The notes: generated by a model not told the origin, from the sequence alone. Positions 20,518-30,961 are shown, counted from the first letter of the stretch. The stretch is DNA of 64,000 nt from Candidatus Hermodarchaeota archaeon (GCA_048885525.1 JBHLLP010000012.1:1-64000), one strand, 5' to 3'. Translations and numbers: made by a program.

Positions 20518-21693
20518 GTGAAGTTTATTGAAGAAACTTGCGAACAATGTGGAAATTGTCTTTTTGAGTGTCCATTTTTAAAATTATCACGAGAGAGTGC
20601 TAAGGAAGCGATAATCCATATGATTGATAAAAGAATGAAGAATGAATCACTAAAGAACTGTATAGGATGTGGATATTGCGATAATGTCTGCCCTACAAAT
20701 TCAAACCCTAGTGAACTTATAAAAGAAATAAATGTAAAAGAGATTAGTAATCGAGGCTTACCACGTTTCTATTTTATTTCTGAAGAAATTCCTTTTAATT
20801 CAGCTACAATTGCTATGCAAATCGAAACTAAAACAAAAGAAAAAAAACTTAGAGAATACCTAAATCCACCCAAAAGTGAAGAAATGTTTTATCTCGGATG
20901 TAGTCTTTCTTATATCCAAACAGATTTACTAAACACCAGATTATTAGAAGGATTACCAAAAATAGGGGGAGCAAAATATTGTTGTGGGGGCATTGTAACT
21001 TATTTTGGTGATGAAGAAGTTAAAATAAAAGGTAAAGCATTATTAGAGGAATTCACTCGACTTGGCGTTAAAAAATTAATAATGTTCTGTCCTGGATGTT
21101 TAGGAATGATGAAAGGAGTTTATTCAAATCTTTTACCGGAGTTTAGGAATAGTATCGAATTTCAGACGTTTAGTCAATATCTTATAGAGAAGTATCATAA
21201 GGATGAAATTCGATTTACCACTAAAATTAATGAAAGGATAACATTTCATGATCCTTGTGCTTGGGTTGGTTTAGATGAAGAGGTCTTTAACGCTCCACGT
21301 GAATTACTGGAAATACTAGGTTATGAGGTAGTAGAAATGAAACATAATAGAAAAATGACTTTATGTTGCGCAGCTTCAGTTTCAGATTCAAATAAAGAGC
21401 TATATAACGAAATTTCAGGAATGAGAATTGCAGAAGCTGAAGAGATTGATGCTAAAAGGATGGTTGTTAGTTGTACTGGATGCTTATCCTTAGCAAAACC
21501 GGCACGAGAAAGGAATATAGAAACATATCATATGTTAGAATTAGCTCAAATGGCAATCGGTGAAAAACCAGCTCATAGAACGATTGAATTAAGGGAAAAC
21601 TATAAAAAACTTCTTACAAAAACAATAAAGGAAAACCCAAATCTACTTAAAGATAAAGTAATAATCAAGAATGGAAAAATCCAACACTTATAG
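20518..21693 (+). CDS. Fe-S oxidoreductase, GlpC/HdrD-like (two ferredoxin motifs plus CCG domains)
   Basis: CxxCxxCxxxCP twice, LGC, CCG, CPGC, HDPC, CC, SCTGC. Confidence 0.85.
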   Translation: MKFIEETCEQCGNCLFECPFLKLSRESAKEAIIHMIDKRMKNESLKNCIGCGYCDNVCPTNSNPSELIKEINVKEISNRGLPRFYFISEEIPFNSATIAMQIETKTKEKKLREYLNPPKSEEMFYLGCSLSYIQTDLLNTRLLEGLPKIGGAKYCCGGIVTYFGDEEVKIKGKALLEEFTRLGVKKLIMFCPGCLGMMKGVYSNLLPEFRNSIEFQTFSQYLIEKYHKDEIRFTTKINERITFHDPCAWVGLDEEVFNAPRELLEILGYEVVEMKHNRKMTLCCAASVSDSNKELYNEISGMRIAEAEEIDAKRMVVSCTGCLSLAKPARERNIETYHMLELAQMAIGEKPAHRTIELRENYKKLLTKTIKENPNLLKDKVIIKNGKIQHL

Positions 21694-21702
21694 ATGTCTT
21701 GT

Positions 21703-22368
21703 TTATTTTTTCCATTCAGTTTTTTCAATAGGATACAAATAATCTAAGATTAATCTAATAGGTAACAACATCATTCCTCCATAATATGGATTTTCATCGC
21801 TTTTACTCTCTACTTCATCAGGAATTTCTTTATATAATGCACGTGTCTTTTTATAAAACAAGGTTGCATTTTCAGGAGTATAAAATGCAATTGAATGATA
21901 AGAAGTTCTATTTTCTTTAAACATCTTTTTAAAAATGCTAATTACGTTCTCCAAATTTCCCATATCAATCTCTTTTTCCAAGGATCCTAGGAAATCAATC
22001 CAGTTTTTTAGAATACTTTGGTTTAAAACAGCAAAAGATCTTAGAGTTTCAATTTTAGATCTGCAATATTCTTCACTGAATTTCTCTGGTTTTATTATTT
22101 CCGAGTCTTTTTCAATCCAAGAATAATACTTTCTATAAATATTGCTACGAGATTTTTCTTCACGAGATACTTTTACAAATCCTGCATCCATCATTTTTTT
22201 TAGATGCTCATAAATTGTACTTTTAGATTTACCCATTCTTTTACTTAAATCTAATATACTTAATTCTCTGTATATAATTAAAAAATTGCATATTTGAAAT
22301 CGCGTTTTAGAGCGTAAGATATCGGTTATAGATAGTTTCTCAGATTTTTGTTTTACTTTTTTTGTCAA
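21703..22368 (-). CDS. ArsR-like winged-helix transcriptional regulator
   Basis: RFQI..L..ELSILDLSKRMGKSKSTIYEHLKKM.DAGFV..RKYY. Confidence 0.85.
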   Translation of the reverse strand: MTKKVKQKSEKLSITDILRSKTRFQICNFLIIYRELSILDLSKRMGKSKSTIYEHLKKMMDAGFVKVSREEKSRSNIYRKYYSWIEKDSEIIKPEKFSEEYCRSKIETLRSFAVLNQSILKNWIDFLGSLEKEIDMGNLENVISIFKKMFKENRTSYHSIAFYTPENATLFYKKTRALYKEIPDEVESKSDENPYYGGMMLLPIRLILDYLYPIEKTEWKK

Positions 22369-22403
22369 ATAACCACCTTATGAGAAATTATTAAATGATT
22401 GGT

Positions 22404-22458
22404 TTCGTTAGAAAAAAACGAACATTTAAATGATCGGTTTATTTATAATAAAACGATC
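22404..22458. promoter_or_regulatory. Inverted repeats in the divergent regulator/MFS promoter
   Basis: TTCGTT-N7-AACGAA at 22404-22422; GATCGGTTTATT-tat-AATAAAACGATC at 22432-22458 (1 mismatch). Confidence 0.5.
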
Positions 22459-22512
22459 GTTTGGAATAATATAAATTTTCCCACTAAAAGGAAAATAATA
22501 GATTGAAAGATA

Positions 22513-23769
22513 ATGCTAAAAAAAGAATTAGAGAAAACTGAATCAATAGAAATTATTGCTAGTAATCAAAAGTTCACAAGTTATATTCTTTTTTGGGTTG
22601 GCCAGTTAATTTCATTGTTAGGCTCATCAATAGTGCAATTTGCGATAATTTGGTGGATTACTCTTGAAACAGAAAGTGCAGTTTTTCTATCGATTGCCGC
22701 AGTTATTACATTTCTCCCACAAGTTATTATCATTCCTATTGCTGGGGTATTTGCTGATAAATGGAATCGGAGATTAGCTCTCATTGCAATAGACTTTTCA
22801 CAAGCATTCTTCACATTTATCTTACTCTTAATATTTCTTGGAGGAGGTGGGACAGTGTGGATAGTTGTTTTATTCAATTGTATTCGTAGTATTTTTCAAG
22901 CATTCCACATGCCCACGGTTGACGCTATTGTCCCAGCTATGGTTCCAAAAGAAAAATTGACTCGGATAAATAGTTTTAATAATCTTTTTACTGGTTTAAT
23001 TAGATTTATTGGTCCTATTATTGGTGCGATTGTAACCGCTTTTTGGTCATTAGATAAAATTCTTTGGATTGATGTAATAACATTTATCATAGCAGTAATT
23101 CCTTTGTTATTTATATCAATACCCTCTGTTGAAAAACACCAAGAAAAGGAAGAAGATTATTCATTCATAAAGGAATTTAAAGAGGGTATTGGTTTATTAA
23201 AAACTACACCTGGTTTTCTTATACTAGCACTCTGGTCGCTCTTAATGAATTTTCTTTCAGTTCCTTTCGTTACTTTATTGCCATATTTTGTAAAGGTCAC
23301 ACATTTCGGAACAGAATCTCATTTTGCTATGCTATTGGTGTTTCTACAAGCAGGTTCAATAGTGGGGGCTTTAGTTATTTCTATTAAAAAAGACTGGAGT
23401 AAGAAAATATTAATTATAATGGGGGGGAGTACTATAACATTTATAGGTTACTTTTTTGTGTCGTTAGCACCAACAGGATTATTTCTAATGATGGGAATAG
23501 GGGAATTTATTATAGGGTTCACTTTAGCTACTGGACTCCCTGTATATTTTACCATTTTACAAACAGCTGTTCCTCCTGATAAACAAGGTAGAATATTTTC
23601 AATTGATGCAACATTATCTTTTGCTATAATGCCTTTTGGAATGTTAGTAGCAGGTCCATTAGCTAATTTGATGGGAATTGTCAATTTCTTTGTTTTACTC
23701 TCTTTTTTAGGGATTTCTGTTAGTCTAGGAACTTATTTCCTTACAGGAATTAGAAAAATAAAATATTGA
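22513..23769 (+). CDS. MFS transporter (Mef/DHA3-like efflux)
   Basis: About 12 TM; FWVGQLISLLGS, AGVFADKWNRR, VPPDKQGRIF. Confidence 0.9.
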   Translation: MLKKELEKTESIEIIASNQKFTSYILFWVGQLISLLGSSIVQFAIIWWITLETESAVFLSIAAVITFLPQVIIIPIAGVFADKWNRRLALIAIDFSQAFFTFILLLIFLGGGGTVWIVVLFNCIRSIFQAFHMPTVDAIVPAMVPKEKLTRINSFNNLFTGLIRFIGPIIGAIVTAFWSLDKILWIDVITFIIAVIPLLFISIPSVEKHQEKEEDYSFIKEFKEGIGLLKTTPGFLILALWSLLMNFLSVPFVTLLPYFVKVTHFGTESHFAMLLVFLQAGSIVGALVISIKKDWSKKILIIMGGSTITFIGYFFVSLAPTGLFLMMGIGEFIIGFTLATGLPVYFTILQTAVPPDKQGRIFSIDATLSFAIMPFGMLVAGPLANLMGIVNFFVLLSFLGISVSLGTYFLTGIRKIKY

Positions 23770-23777
23770 AAAGATGT

Positions 23778-24242
23778 TTATATTATTCGACCTTCAGATT
23801 GTGACACTTTGATAGGACGAAGAACTACACATACCCGTTCAACACTTTTCACATCAGCACGGGCACGAAATGATTCTATTAATGCATCTAGTTCAACAAT
23901 TTCAGGTACATTCACTTTCACTAAAACCCCACATTCCCCCGCAAGAAAATAGACTTCTTCACATTGAGGAAGAATCTGTGCTTCTCTCAATAACTCTTTA
24001 GTCTCGGCTTGAGTTTTTGGAATAAGTGTAAGGAATGCAATAATACATCTTTCATCTTCACGGCAGATCTTTATTGTAAATTTTTCAATTACACCTTCCT
24101 CTTGAAGCTTAATAACCCTTTTTCTCACGGTTGATTCAGATAATTGAACATTTGGATCTGCTGCGATTTCGTGGTATGGTCTCCTAGAATCCTCAAGGAG
24201 CATTTCAAGTATTCTTTTATCTTTATCATCAAGATTTTTCAT
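23778..24242 (-). CDS. Lrp/AsnC transcriptional regulator
   Basis: LDDKDKRIL..L..DSR.PY..SESTVRKRV.KL.EEGVI. Confidence 0.9.
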   Translation of the reverse strand: MKNLDDKDKRILEMLLEDSRRPYHEIAADPNVQLSESTVRKRVIKLQEEGVIEKFTIKICREDERCIIAFLTLIPKTQAETKELLREAQILPQCEEVYFLAGECGVLVKVNVPEIVELDALIESFRARADVKSVERVCVVLRPIKVSQSEGRII

Positions 24243-24316
24243 AATTCTTCCTCATGCTTATTATTTAAAATTAAAAAAATATAAAATTTGATAAAAAAAT
24301 TTTTATTATCTGTTAC

Positions 24317-25270
24317 TTATTTTACATATTCTGGATAATCTCCCAGAAGGGGTGCGAAAAGTCTTTCGTATTCTACTGCCATACAATGAATACCCGCAGC
24401 TTTAGTAGTTTTTTTGATTTCATCTATAAATGGTTTGAAATATTCGATATTAATTTTATCGATAGCCGCATATTTAGCCGGTTTGTTTCCTTTGTTATCT
24501 TTCTCTGCTTTCTTAAGGGATTTAAGAAGTTCCTTTGGTACCGAGACTCCTGGAATAAAATTATCGAAATACCATGCAATCCCATGCGATTTTAAGGGAA
24601 AGACGCCCAACAAAACAGGAACATTAAATTGCTCAAGTTCTTTGAGAAATTCTTTTGCTTGGTCTATATCAAATGCAGTCTGTGTTTGGATGAAATCAAC
24701 ACCTTTTTCTACTTTACGGCCTACTTTGAGGATCTCGGGTTCGCGTGGGTTACTATTAGGGTTTGCGACACATCCAAAATTCATCTCTATTTTACCACCT
24801 TCAAGTTCATTACCTTCATAATCAGTACCTTCATCAATCATTATAGAGAGCATTTCAGCAAACTGAGTACTATCGATATCATATACTGGACGGCCTTTTT
24901 TATGATCTCCAAGTGCTGTATGGTCTCCTGTAAGTGTAAGAATATTTTTTAATCCAAGAACGGCTCCCGCGATGACATCACCAAAGAGAGCAACGCGGTT
25001 TCTGTCTCTTACGGTTACTTGCCACACAGCTTCAATGTTTGCTTTTTCTTGAACAAGATAACTTGGTACCATTGAAGACATATAGGCATCACCTTGGGGA
25101 CCATCTGTTACGTTGGCAGCTACTATCCTACCTGTTTTTTTCATCTCTTTAGCAGAATGAATAATTTCATCAAGGCTTAAGATTTTTTTAGGCTCAAGTT
25201 CTCCAGTAAACACAAAATGGCCGGCCTCAATTGCTTTACATAAATTGCTATATGCTGTTCTTTTTGCCAT
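24317..25270 (-). CDS. metF: Methylenetetrahydrofolate reductase
   Basis: TGELEP, NVTD, TVRDRNR, LTLTGD, DFIQTQ, GIH. Confidence 0.9.
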   Translation of the reverse strand: MAKRTAYSNLCKAIEAGHFVFTGELEPKKILSLDEIIHSAKEMKKTGRIVAANVTDGPQGDAYMSSMVPSYLVQEKANIEAVWQVTVRDRNRVALFGDVIAGAVLGLKNILTLTGDHTALGDHKKGRPVYDIDSTQFAEMLSIMIDEGTDYEGNELEGGKIEMNFGCVANPNSNPREPEILKVGRKVEKGVDFIQTQTAFDIDQAKEFLKELEQFNVPVLLGVFPLKSHGIAWYFDNFIPGVSVPKELLKSLKKAEKDNKGNKPAKYAAIDKINIEYFKPFIDEIKKTTKAAGIHCMAVEYERLFAPLLGDYPEYVK

Positions 25271-25966
25271 TTATTTGCTCTCCTCCTTTTTTTCTTCAAT
25301 ATTAGTATAATCTTTGTAAATATTGTTATATCCTGGGCTTGTTGAGGTTCTAAAATCTCTTGGACCTCTATATTTTTTGAAAAGATCGATTCTACCAAAT
25401 TCTTTTAACCGTTGCCAAATACTTACCCATGCACAAGGAATTGTATATCCACCAACTTCACACATTCCTTCAACCATTCCTCCACAAGGACCGTTACTCA
25501 AATGTTTAGCACATCCTGCTCGAGGACATATCCCACCAGTCTCACCAATTATACAATCTCCACAAGATTCACAGAATTCGATATAATTATTTTGACTGTT
25601 GTCTTGAGCTCCACCGAACATACTGTTTTGAGCAGGGTATGTTAAAATCTTCGGAAGAACTCTGTTCATCATAACAACACCAAGACCGCACGCTAGAGTA
25701 ACTATAGCATCAAAATCCTCTTCATAAGGACGACATGTCGTGGCAGCAATCCTATCATCGCATTGTCGTAGAACTGTTATTGCTTTCCATTTTAATTCTT
25801 TACCTTCAGTTCTAGCTTTTAATTCTAAAAGTTGTCCTAGCACCTTTGCTTCATTAAGCGATCGAGGAGGTTGGCAACAACCGTCGCAACCAGTAATTAA
25901 AATCTTATTGTATGGCTTTATTAGCTCATATATTTCGCTTATATCTTTTTGTTGCGTAATTATCAT
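25271..25966 (-). CDS. metV: MTHFR partner subunit (Zn/Fe-S, MTHFR_C)
   Basis: GCDGC, RQC, LACG.G, CESCGDC..GGICP..CAK..NGPCGG..G.CEV..CAW. Confidence 0.9.
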   Translation of the reverse strand: MIITQQKDISEIYELIKPYNKILITGCDGCCQPPRSLNEAKVLGQLLELKARTEGKELKWKAITVLRQCDDRIAATTCRPYEEDFDAIVTLACGLGVVMMNRVLPKILTYPAQNSMFGGAQDNSQNNYIEFCESCGDCIIGETGGICPRAGCAKHLSNGPCGGMVEGMCEVGGYTIPCAWVSIWQRLKEFGRIDLFKKYRGPRDFRTSTSPGYNNIYKDYTNIEEKKEESK

Positions 25967-26061
25967 ATTACTAAACTCCTTTTTTTACATTTTTGTATTA
26001 ATTTTTACTTTTAAATTTAATTTATTAATAGCTTTATTAGTGTTTAAAAAATTCACACATC

Positions 26062-26943
26062 TTAGGTTGTTAATTTCTGAATTAACTTATTCGGTTTAAC
26101 ACTTCTGTTCTTCAAACTGAGATCTTGAAGATCAACTCCTAAAGCGACCGCAATAATTTCGGGTAAATATAGGATAGGAATATCAAGTTCCTTTCCCGTC
26201 TTTCGAGAAATTAATTTTTCCTTCCTATCATATTGAGTCACACAAGCGGGGCATACCGCAATTAGGGCATCAACATCTTGCTCAAGTTCACATAATTCCG
26301 TCATCTTATCCTCAACAAGTTTTTCGCCTATTTCTTCTTGTAATCGGGCGCAAAAACCGCAGCATTCTAATTTATTTGCAAACTCAATCGTTTTAGCACC
26401 AAGTGCTTGAAGAATATTATCGATTTTTTCAGGTTTCTCGGGATGATCAAACTGCATAATTTTACTTGGTCTAACAAGATGGCAGCCATAATGCACAGCG
26501 AGAGTTAAGTCGTCAAGGGGTTTAACTGTTAAATCTTTAAGTTTTTCTATCCATTCTGGCTGACTAAACAGTTCTACAAAATGATACACTTTAGTTTTTC
26601 CAGTATAGTGATAGTTAATCTTCTTTAATATCCTATCTATTTTTTCCAAATATTCTTCATCTTCTTCTAATAACACACTTACCGTTTTTAATGTTTCATA
26701 GCAACCTGAACAGATGGTAAGGATATCCAAACCCATTTTTTCAGCAATGGCTAGATTTCGTGCTCCTAAAGTGACCCATGTATCAATATTTAATGATTGA
26801 AGAGATACAGGTTCAGGGCAACAACTTACTCCTTCCATTTCTTTCAATTTCATATCTAAAATGCTTGCGACATCTCGAAATGCTTTCTCTAAATGAGGCA
26901 TCTTTAAAGGTATTGTACATCCTAAATATAATGCAAGTTCCAT
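26062..26943 (-). CDS. hdrB: Heterodisulfide reductase-like subunit B
   Basis: YLGC, SCCP, CSGC, HYGCH, CCG, CPAC. Confidence 0.9.
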   Translation of the reverse strand: MELALYLGCTIPLKMPHLEKAFRDVASILDMKLKEMEGVSCCPEPVSLQSLNIDTWVTLGARNLAIAEKMGLDILTICSGCYETLKTVSVLLEEDEEYLEKIDRILKKINYHYTGKTKVYHFVELFSQPEWIEKLKDLTVKPLDDLTLAVHYGCHLVRPSKIMQFDHPEKPEKIDNILQALGAKTIEFANKLECCGFCARLQEEIGEKLVEDKMTELCELEQDVDALIAVCPACVTQYDRKEKLISRKTGKELDIPILYLPEIIAVALGVDLQDLSLKNRSVKPNKLIQKLTT

Positions 26944-26945
26944 TT

Positions 26946-27476
26946 TTAATCATCCTCCTTTTTTTTTGCGAGATCTCCTAATCCCGTTTCTTCTATTATA
27001 TATCTAATTTCATCTAGATTAGGGGGTATAAGTTGGGGTAACCCCATCCTACTTCTTCTTCTATCAATATTATCTTTTAAGCCACCAGTATAAGGTACTA
27101 CATATCCATTATCATAGATTGTAACAACAGTTCCTGAATATTCTTTGGGAATTTTTCCCAATTTAACTGCCATGTTACGAAGAAGAGCAAGAATAAAAGA
27201 GTAATCTACATTCTTTGGACATCTTTCAGTGCATCTATGGCATAAAGAACACGTCCAAATTGCTTGACTTGAAAGAACTTCATCTTTTAAACCTAAAAGA
27301 CAGGATGCAACAACTCTATGTGGTTGCATATCAACATATTCCGTTACAGTACAGCCTGAGCTACATACACCACATTGGATACAGTTTAGAAGTGATTTTG
27401 CACCAACTTTTTGACTAATTTCATAACGAAAATTATGATCTAAATTTTTAGCATCTTTTTTCATCATTTCTGACAT
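26946..27476 (-). CDS. hdrC: Heterodisulfide reductase-like subunit C
   Basis: CIQCGVCSSGC and WTCSLCHRCTERCP. Confidence 0.9.
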   Translation of the reverse strand: MSEMMKKDAKNLDHNFRYEISQKVGAKSLLNCIQCGVCSSGCTVTEYVDMQPHRVVASCLLGLKDEVLSSQAIWTCSLCHRCTERCPKNVDYSFILALLRNMAVKLGKIPKEYSGTVVTIYDNGYVVPYTGGLKDNIDRRRSRMGLPQLIPPNLDEIRYIIEETGLGDLAKKKEDD

Positions 27477-27478
27477 TT

Positions 27479-30400
27479 TTAAGCAGCCTCCTTAGCTTTT
27501 TGTTTTTTTTCAATTTTATCACCTGTTTTAGGAAGTGGTCCTAATTCTTTAATTTGATTAACAAACTCAGTGATAACTTGAGAAAATCGTTTTCCTTCTG
27601 AAGCGCTTATCCATTCAAGATGATATCTATCGGAATTGATGCCAACACTTTCAAGTATATCTTTAAGCTCATTGTAACGTTGTAACATGTCATAATTTCC
27701 TTCTAAATAGTGACAGTCACCGATATGACATCCTCCAACAAACACACCGTCAGCACCTTCCAAAAATGCTTGTAAAATAAAGCTTTTGGGTATTCTGCCA
27801 GTACACATCACTCGTATTGGTCGAATATTAGTTGGATATTGAAAGCGGCTTACACCACATGTGTCAGCACCAGCATAACTACACCAATTACATAAGAAAG
27901 TTACGATTCTAGGCCTTTCATCTAAATATTCACCCTTGACAGCTTCACGGATCATAGGATAAATTTGATTATCTGCGAAATGACTCATTGTTATCGCTCC
28001 TGCGGGACATGCAGCCGAACAATCGCCACAACCTTTACATAAAAGAGGATTAGTTTCTGAAACTAAAACATTTTTATCAAAGTTAACTCCTATAGCTCCA
28101 AAGTTGCAAACTTCTTCACATTTTTGACATGCAATACATAGTGCTGGATCAACAAGCGATACGAGCGGTTCATTTTCCACTTCTCCTGAGATTAATGGAA
28201 TTAAAGCATGAGCTGCCGCACCTCTACCTTGTGAGATTGAATCTGCAATTCCTTTGGGACCATGGCAAGTTCCTGCTAGGTATATACCATCAGTTGCAAA
28301 ATCTACTGGTCTTAATTTAATATGAGCTTCTAAGAAAAAACCATTTTGATCTCGAGCACATTTTATCATCTCACCTAATTTTTGAGTATCATGAGGTATT
28401 AAGGGTGTAGATAAAACTACTTTGTCAGTCTCAATAGTAAGGTTAGTTTGAGTTAGAATATCTTTAACCATTACATTCAATTTACCATTTTTAACATCAA
28501 CAGTAGGATATTCGTTAAAACGTATATAGTTTACATTCTCACGTGCTTCCCAGTAAAAAGGTTCTTCATTGGTCCCTACTCGGATATCTCTATATAAAAC
28601 ATAAATAGTTGAGTGTGGATATGTTTCTCTTACGTATAAAGCATGTCTGATTGACTCTGAACAACAAATTAATGAACAATATGTGACCCCATTTCCACCT
28701 TCTGGTTGTCTAGAACCCACACAATGGATAAAAACAAGAGTTTCTCCATCTTTTAGTTCATTATTCCTAAGTTTTTCAGATAATTCAAGTTGTGTCATAA
28801 CATTATTATTTTCACCATAATGAAACCATCCAATGGGTTTATACTCATAAGCACCAGTAGCAGCTATAATTGTACCAATATTCAAACTAATATCTTTCCC
28901 TTCAAAATTGTTTGTAACTCTGACTTTAAAATCTCCAATAGATCCTTTCACATCAGTAACTTCAGAATTTAAATAAATAGTAACATTCTTATGTTCATTG
29001 AATTCTTTTAACTCTGCTTCTATAAACTCCTTTGAGTCAATTCTATCGAAATTGATTTTATAGATTGAGTTTAATTGCCCTCCTAGTTTATCATCTTTTT
29101 CTATTAAATGCACTTTAAAGCCCTTATTGGCGATTTCCAGAGCTGCACTCATTCCAGCTATCCCTCCACCTATTACCATTGCTTCGGGAATAACATTACC
29201 TTTAATTTTTAACTCTGCTTTTTGTGCTGCTACACGAGCAACACCCATTCTGATAAGGTCCTTTGCTTTATCGGTTGCTTTAGGGTTATCATTCATATGT
29301 ACCCATGAATCTAACTCTCTAATACTTACGAAATTAAACAAATATTCATTTAAACCTGCTTCCCTAATGGTCTTTTGGAATAATGGTTCGTGAGTTCTTG
29401 GTGTACATGCTGCAACTACAACCCTATTTAAGTTTAATTCTTCTATCTTTTCTTTTATAATGTCTTGGGTTAATTGTGAGCAGCTATACTTATTTTCCAT
29501 TGAATAAACTACATTTGGAAGTGTTTTTGTATAATCAACTAATTTAGGAACATCCATATATCCTGCAATATTAACACCACAGCGACATATGAATACACCA
29601 ATTCGAGGTTGATCCTTTGGATTTATGGGTTTAAGAGGAGGAAGATCTACTTTCGTTTCTTCGGCACTTAATGGAACAGCATGAGTTGCTGCTAAAGCTG
29701 CTGCTCCACCCGCCTTTGCCACCGAATTTGCAATATCATCAGGAGATTGGCATGAACCAGTCACATATATTCCTTCTCTTGTAGAACATAGATCTTCTAT
29801 AGAATCTTTGGTTTTGAAAAACCCGAAATCATTTTGTTCAATTCCTAGTATCTTCGCTAATTGTTCAGTGTCTTTTCGGGGAGTAACAGCATTTGCAAGG
29901 ACAACTAGGTCAAATTCACTAACTTCAACCTCACCGGTATCAAGGTTTGCATGCTTAACATATAGATTATGATTTTCTGGATTTTCACGGATATCTCCAG
30001 GAATTCCTCTATAATACAATATATTATACTCCTCTTTAGCTCTTTCAATAAACTCCTCTTGATTTTTTCCTATAACTCTAGTATCGTTGAAGAAGATCGT
30101 TACATTTGTATCGGGAGCATGCTCTCTCGTAACTACTCCTTCTTTAGTTTGATACATACAACAAAATTTAGAGCAATAAGGACATAAATCTATGTTTCTC
30201 GAACCTACACAACTAATAAAACCTATATTATACGCATGCTCCTTATCTGAGGGTCTTAATATTTCACCTTCAGTAGGACCAGATGCACTTAGTAATCGTT
30301 CATACTGCATCGCAGTAATAACATTTGGATATTCCCCATAATGATAACGATCAAGAACACTAGGGTCTAGTTGATCATATCCAGTAGCACAAATGATAGA

Positions 30401-30961
30401 TGCTACGTTATACTCAACAATTTCATCTTTCATATCCCAATTAATAGCTCCTGCCTCACATTCTTTTTCACAGAGTTTGCAAGCGTTTTTCGTAAAAAAT
30501 AAGCATCTTTCTGCATCAATGACTGCTTTTCTTGGTACTGCTTGCGGAAATGGAATATAAATAGCTGTACGATAACCCATACCTTCTTCAAATTCTGAAG
30601 GTATTTTTTTCATAGGACATTTCTCCATACATTGTCCACAACCAGTGCACACATCCCAATCAACATATCTAGACTTTTTAAGTACTTTTATGTTAAAATT
30701 TCCAGCTTCACCTGAAATTTCCTGTATTTCTGAATATGCTATGAGTTCTACATTAGGATGCCTAGACACTTCTACCATTTTAGGAGCCAGAATACATATA
30801 CTGCAGTCTAATGTTGGAAAGGTTTTATCGAGTTGTGCCATTCGGCCTCCAACAGAAGGAGTTTTTTCAACAAGAATTACTTTATATCCTTGTTCAGCTA
30901 AAGTTAATGCTGCTTCGATTCCACTAATACCTGCACCGATAATTAATATTTTACTATTCAT
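27479..30961 (-). CDS. hdrA: HdrA (two FAD modules) fused to C-terminal MvhD
   Basis: IIGAGISG..LDKTFPTLDC, ferredoxin insert, CVGSR..CS..CC, internal RIGVFICRCG.NI, second VIGGGIAG module, ferredoxin, then MvhD motifs FLCNWCSYAGAD, RVMCTGR, GGCH.GDCHY, WISASEG. Confidence 0.92.
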   Translation of the reverse strand: MNSKILIIGAGISGIEAALTLAEQGYKVILVEKTPSVGGRMAQLDKTFPTLDCSICILAPKMVEVSRHPNVELIAYSEIQEISGEAGNFNIKVLKKSRYVDWDVCTGCGQCMEKCPMKKIPSEFEEGMGYRTAIYIPFPQAVPRKAVIDAERCLFFTKNACKLCEKECEAGAINWDMKDEIVEYNVASIICATGYDQLDPSVLDRYHYGEYPNVITAMQYERLLSASGPTEGEILRPSDKEHAYNIGFISCVGSRNIDLCPYCSKFCCMYQTKEGVVTREHAPDTNVTIFFNDTRVIGKNQEEFIERAKEEYNILYYRGIPGDIRENPENHNLYVKHANLDTGEVEVSEFDLVVLANAVTPRKDTEQLAKILGIEQNDFGFFKTKDSIEDLCSTREGIYVTGSCQSPDDIANSVAKAGGAAALAATHAVPLSAEETKVDLPPLKPINPKDQPRIGVFICRCGVNIAGYMDVPKLVDYTKTLPNVVYSMENKYSCSQLTQDIIKEKIEELNLNRVVVAACTPRTHEPLFQKTIREAGLNEYLFNFVSIRELDSWVHMNDNPKATDKAKDLIRMGVARVAAQKAELKIKGNVIPEAMVIGGGIAGMSAALEIANKGFKVHLIEKDDKLGGQLNSIYKINFDRIDSKEFIEAELKEFNEHKNVTIYLNSEVTDVKGSIGDFKVRVTNNFEGKDISLNIGTIIAATGAYEYKPIGWFHYGENNNVMTQLELSEKLRNNELKDGETLVFIHCVGSRQPEGGNGVTYCSLICCSESIRHALYVRETYPHSTIYVLYRDIRVGTNEEPFYWEARENVNYIRFNEYPTVDVKNGKLNVMVKDILTQTNLTIETDKVVLSTPLIPHDTQKLGEMIKCARDQNGFFLEAHIKLRPVDFATDGIYLAGTCHGPKGIADSISQGRGAAAHALIPLISGEVENEPLVSLVDPALCIACQKCEEVCNFGAIGVNFDKNVLVSETNPLLCKGCGDCSAACPAGAITMSHFADNQIYPMIREAVKGEYLDERPRIVTFLCNWCSYAGADTCGVSRFQYPTNIRPIRVMCTGRIPKSFILQAFLEGADGVFVGGCHIGDCHYLEGNYDMLQRYNELKDILESVGINSDRYHLEWISASEGKRFSQVITEFVNQIKELGPLPKTGDKIEKKQKAKEAA

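Noticed and set aside
27479-30961. Selenocysteine in HdrA/MvhD (known selenoprotein families in Lokiarchaeia)
   Set aside because: The ORF is uninterrupted and the relevant positions (DCSIC, CNWC, GCH..DC) are Cys codons. There is no in-frame TGA, and I could not identify a SECIS.
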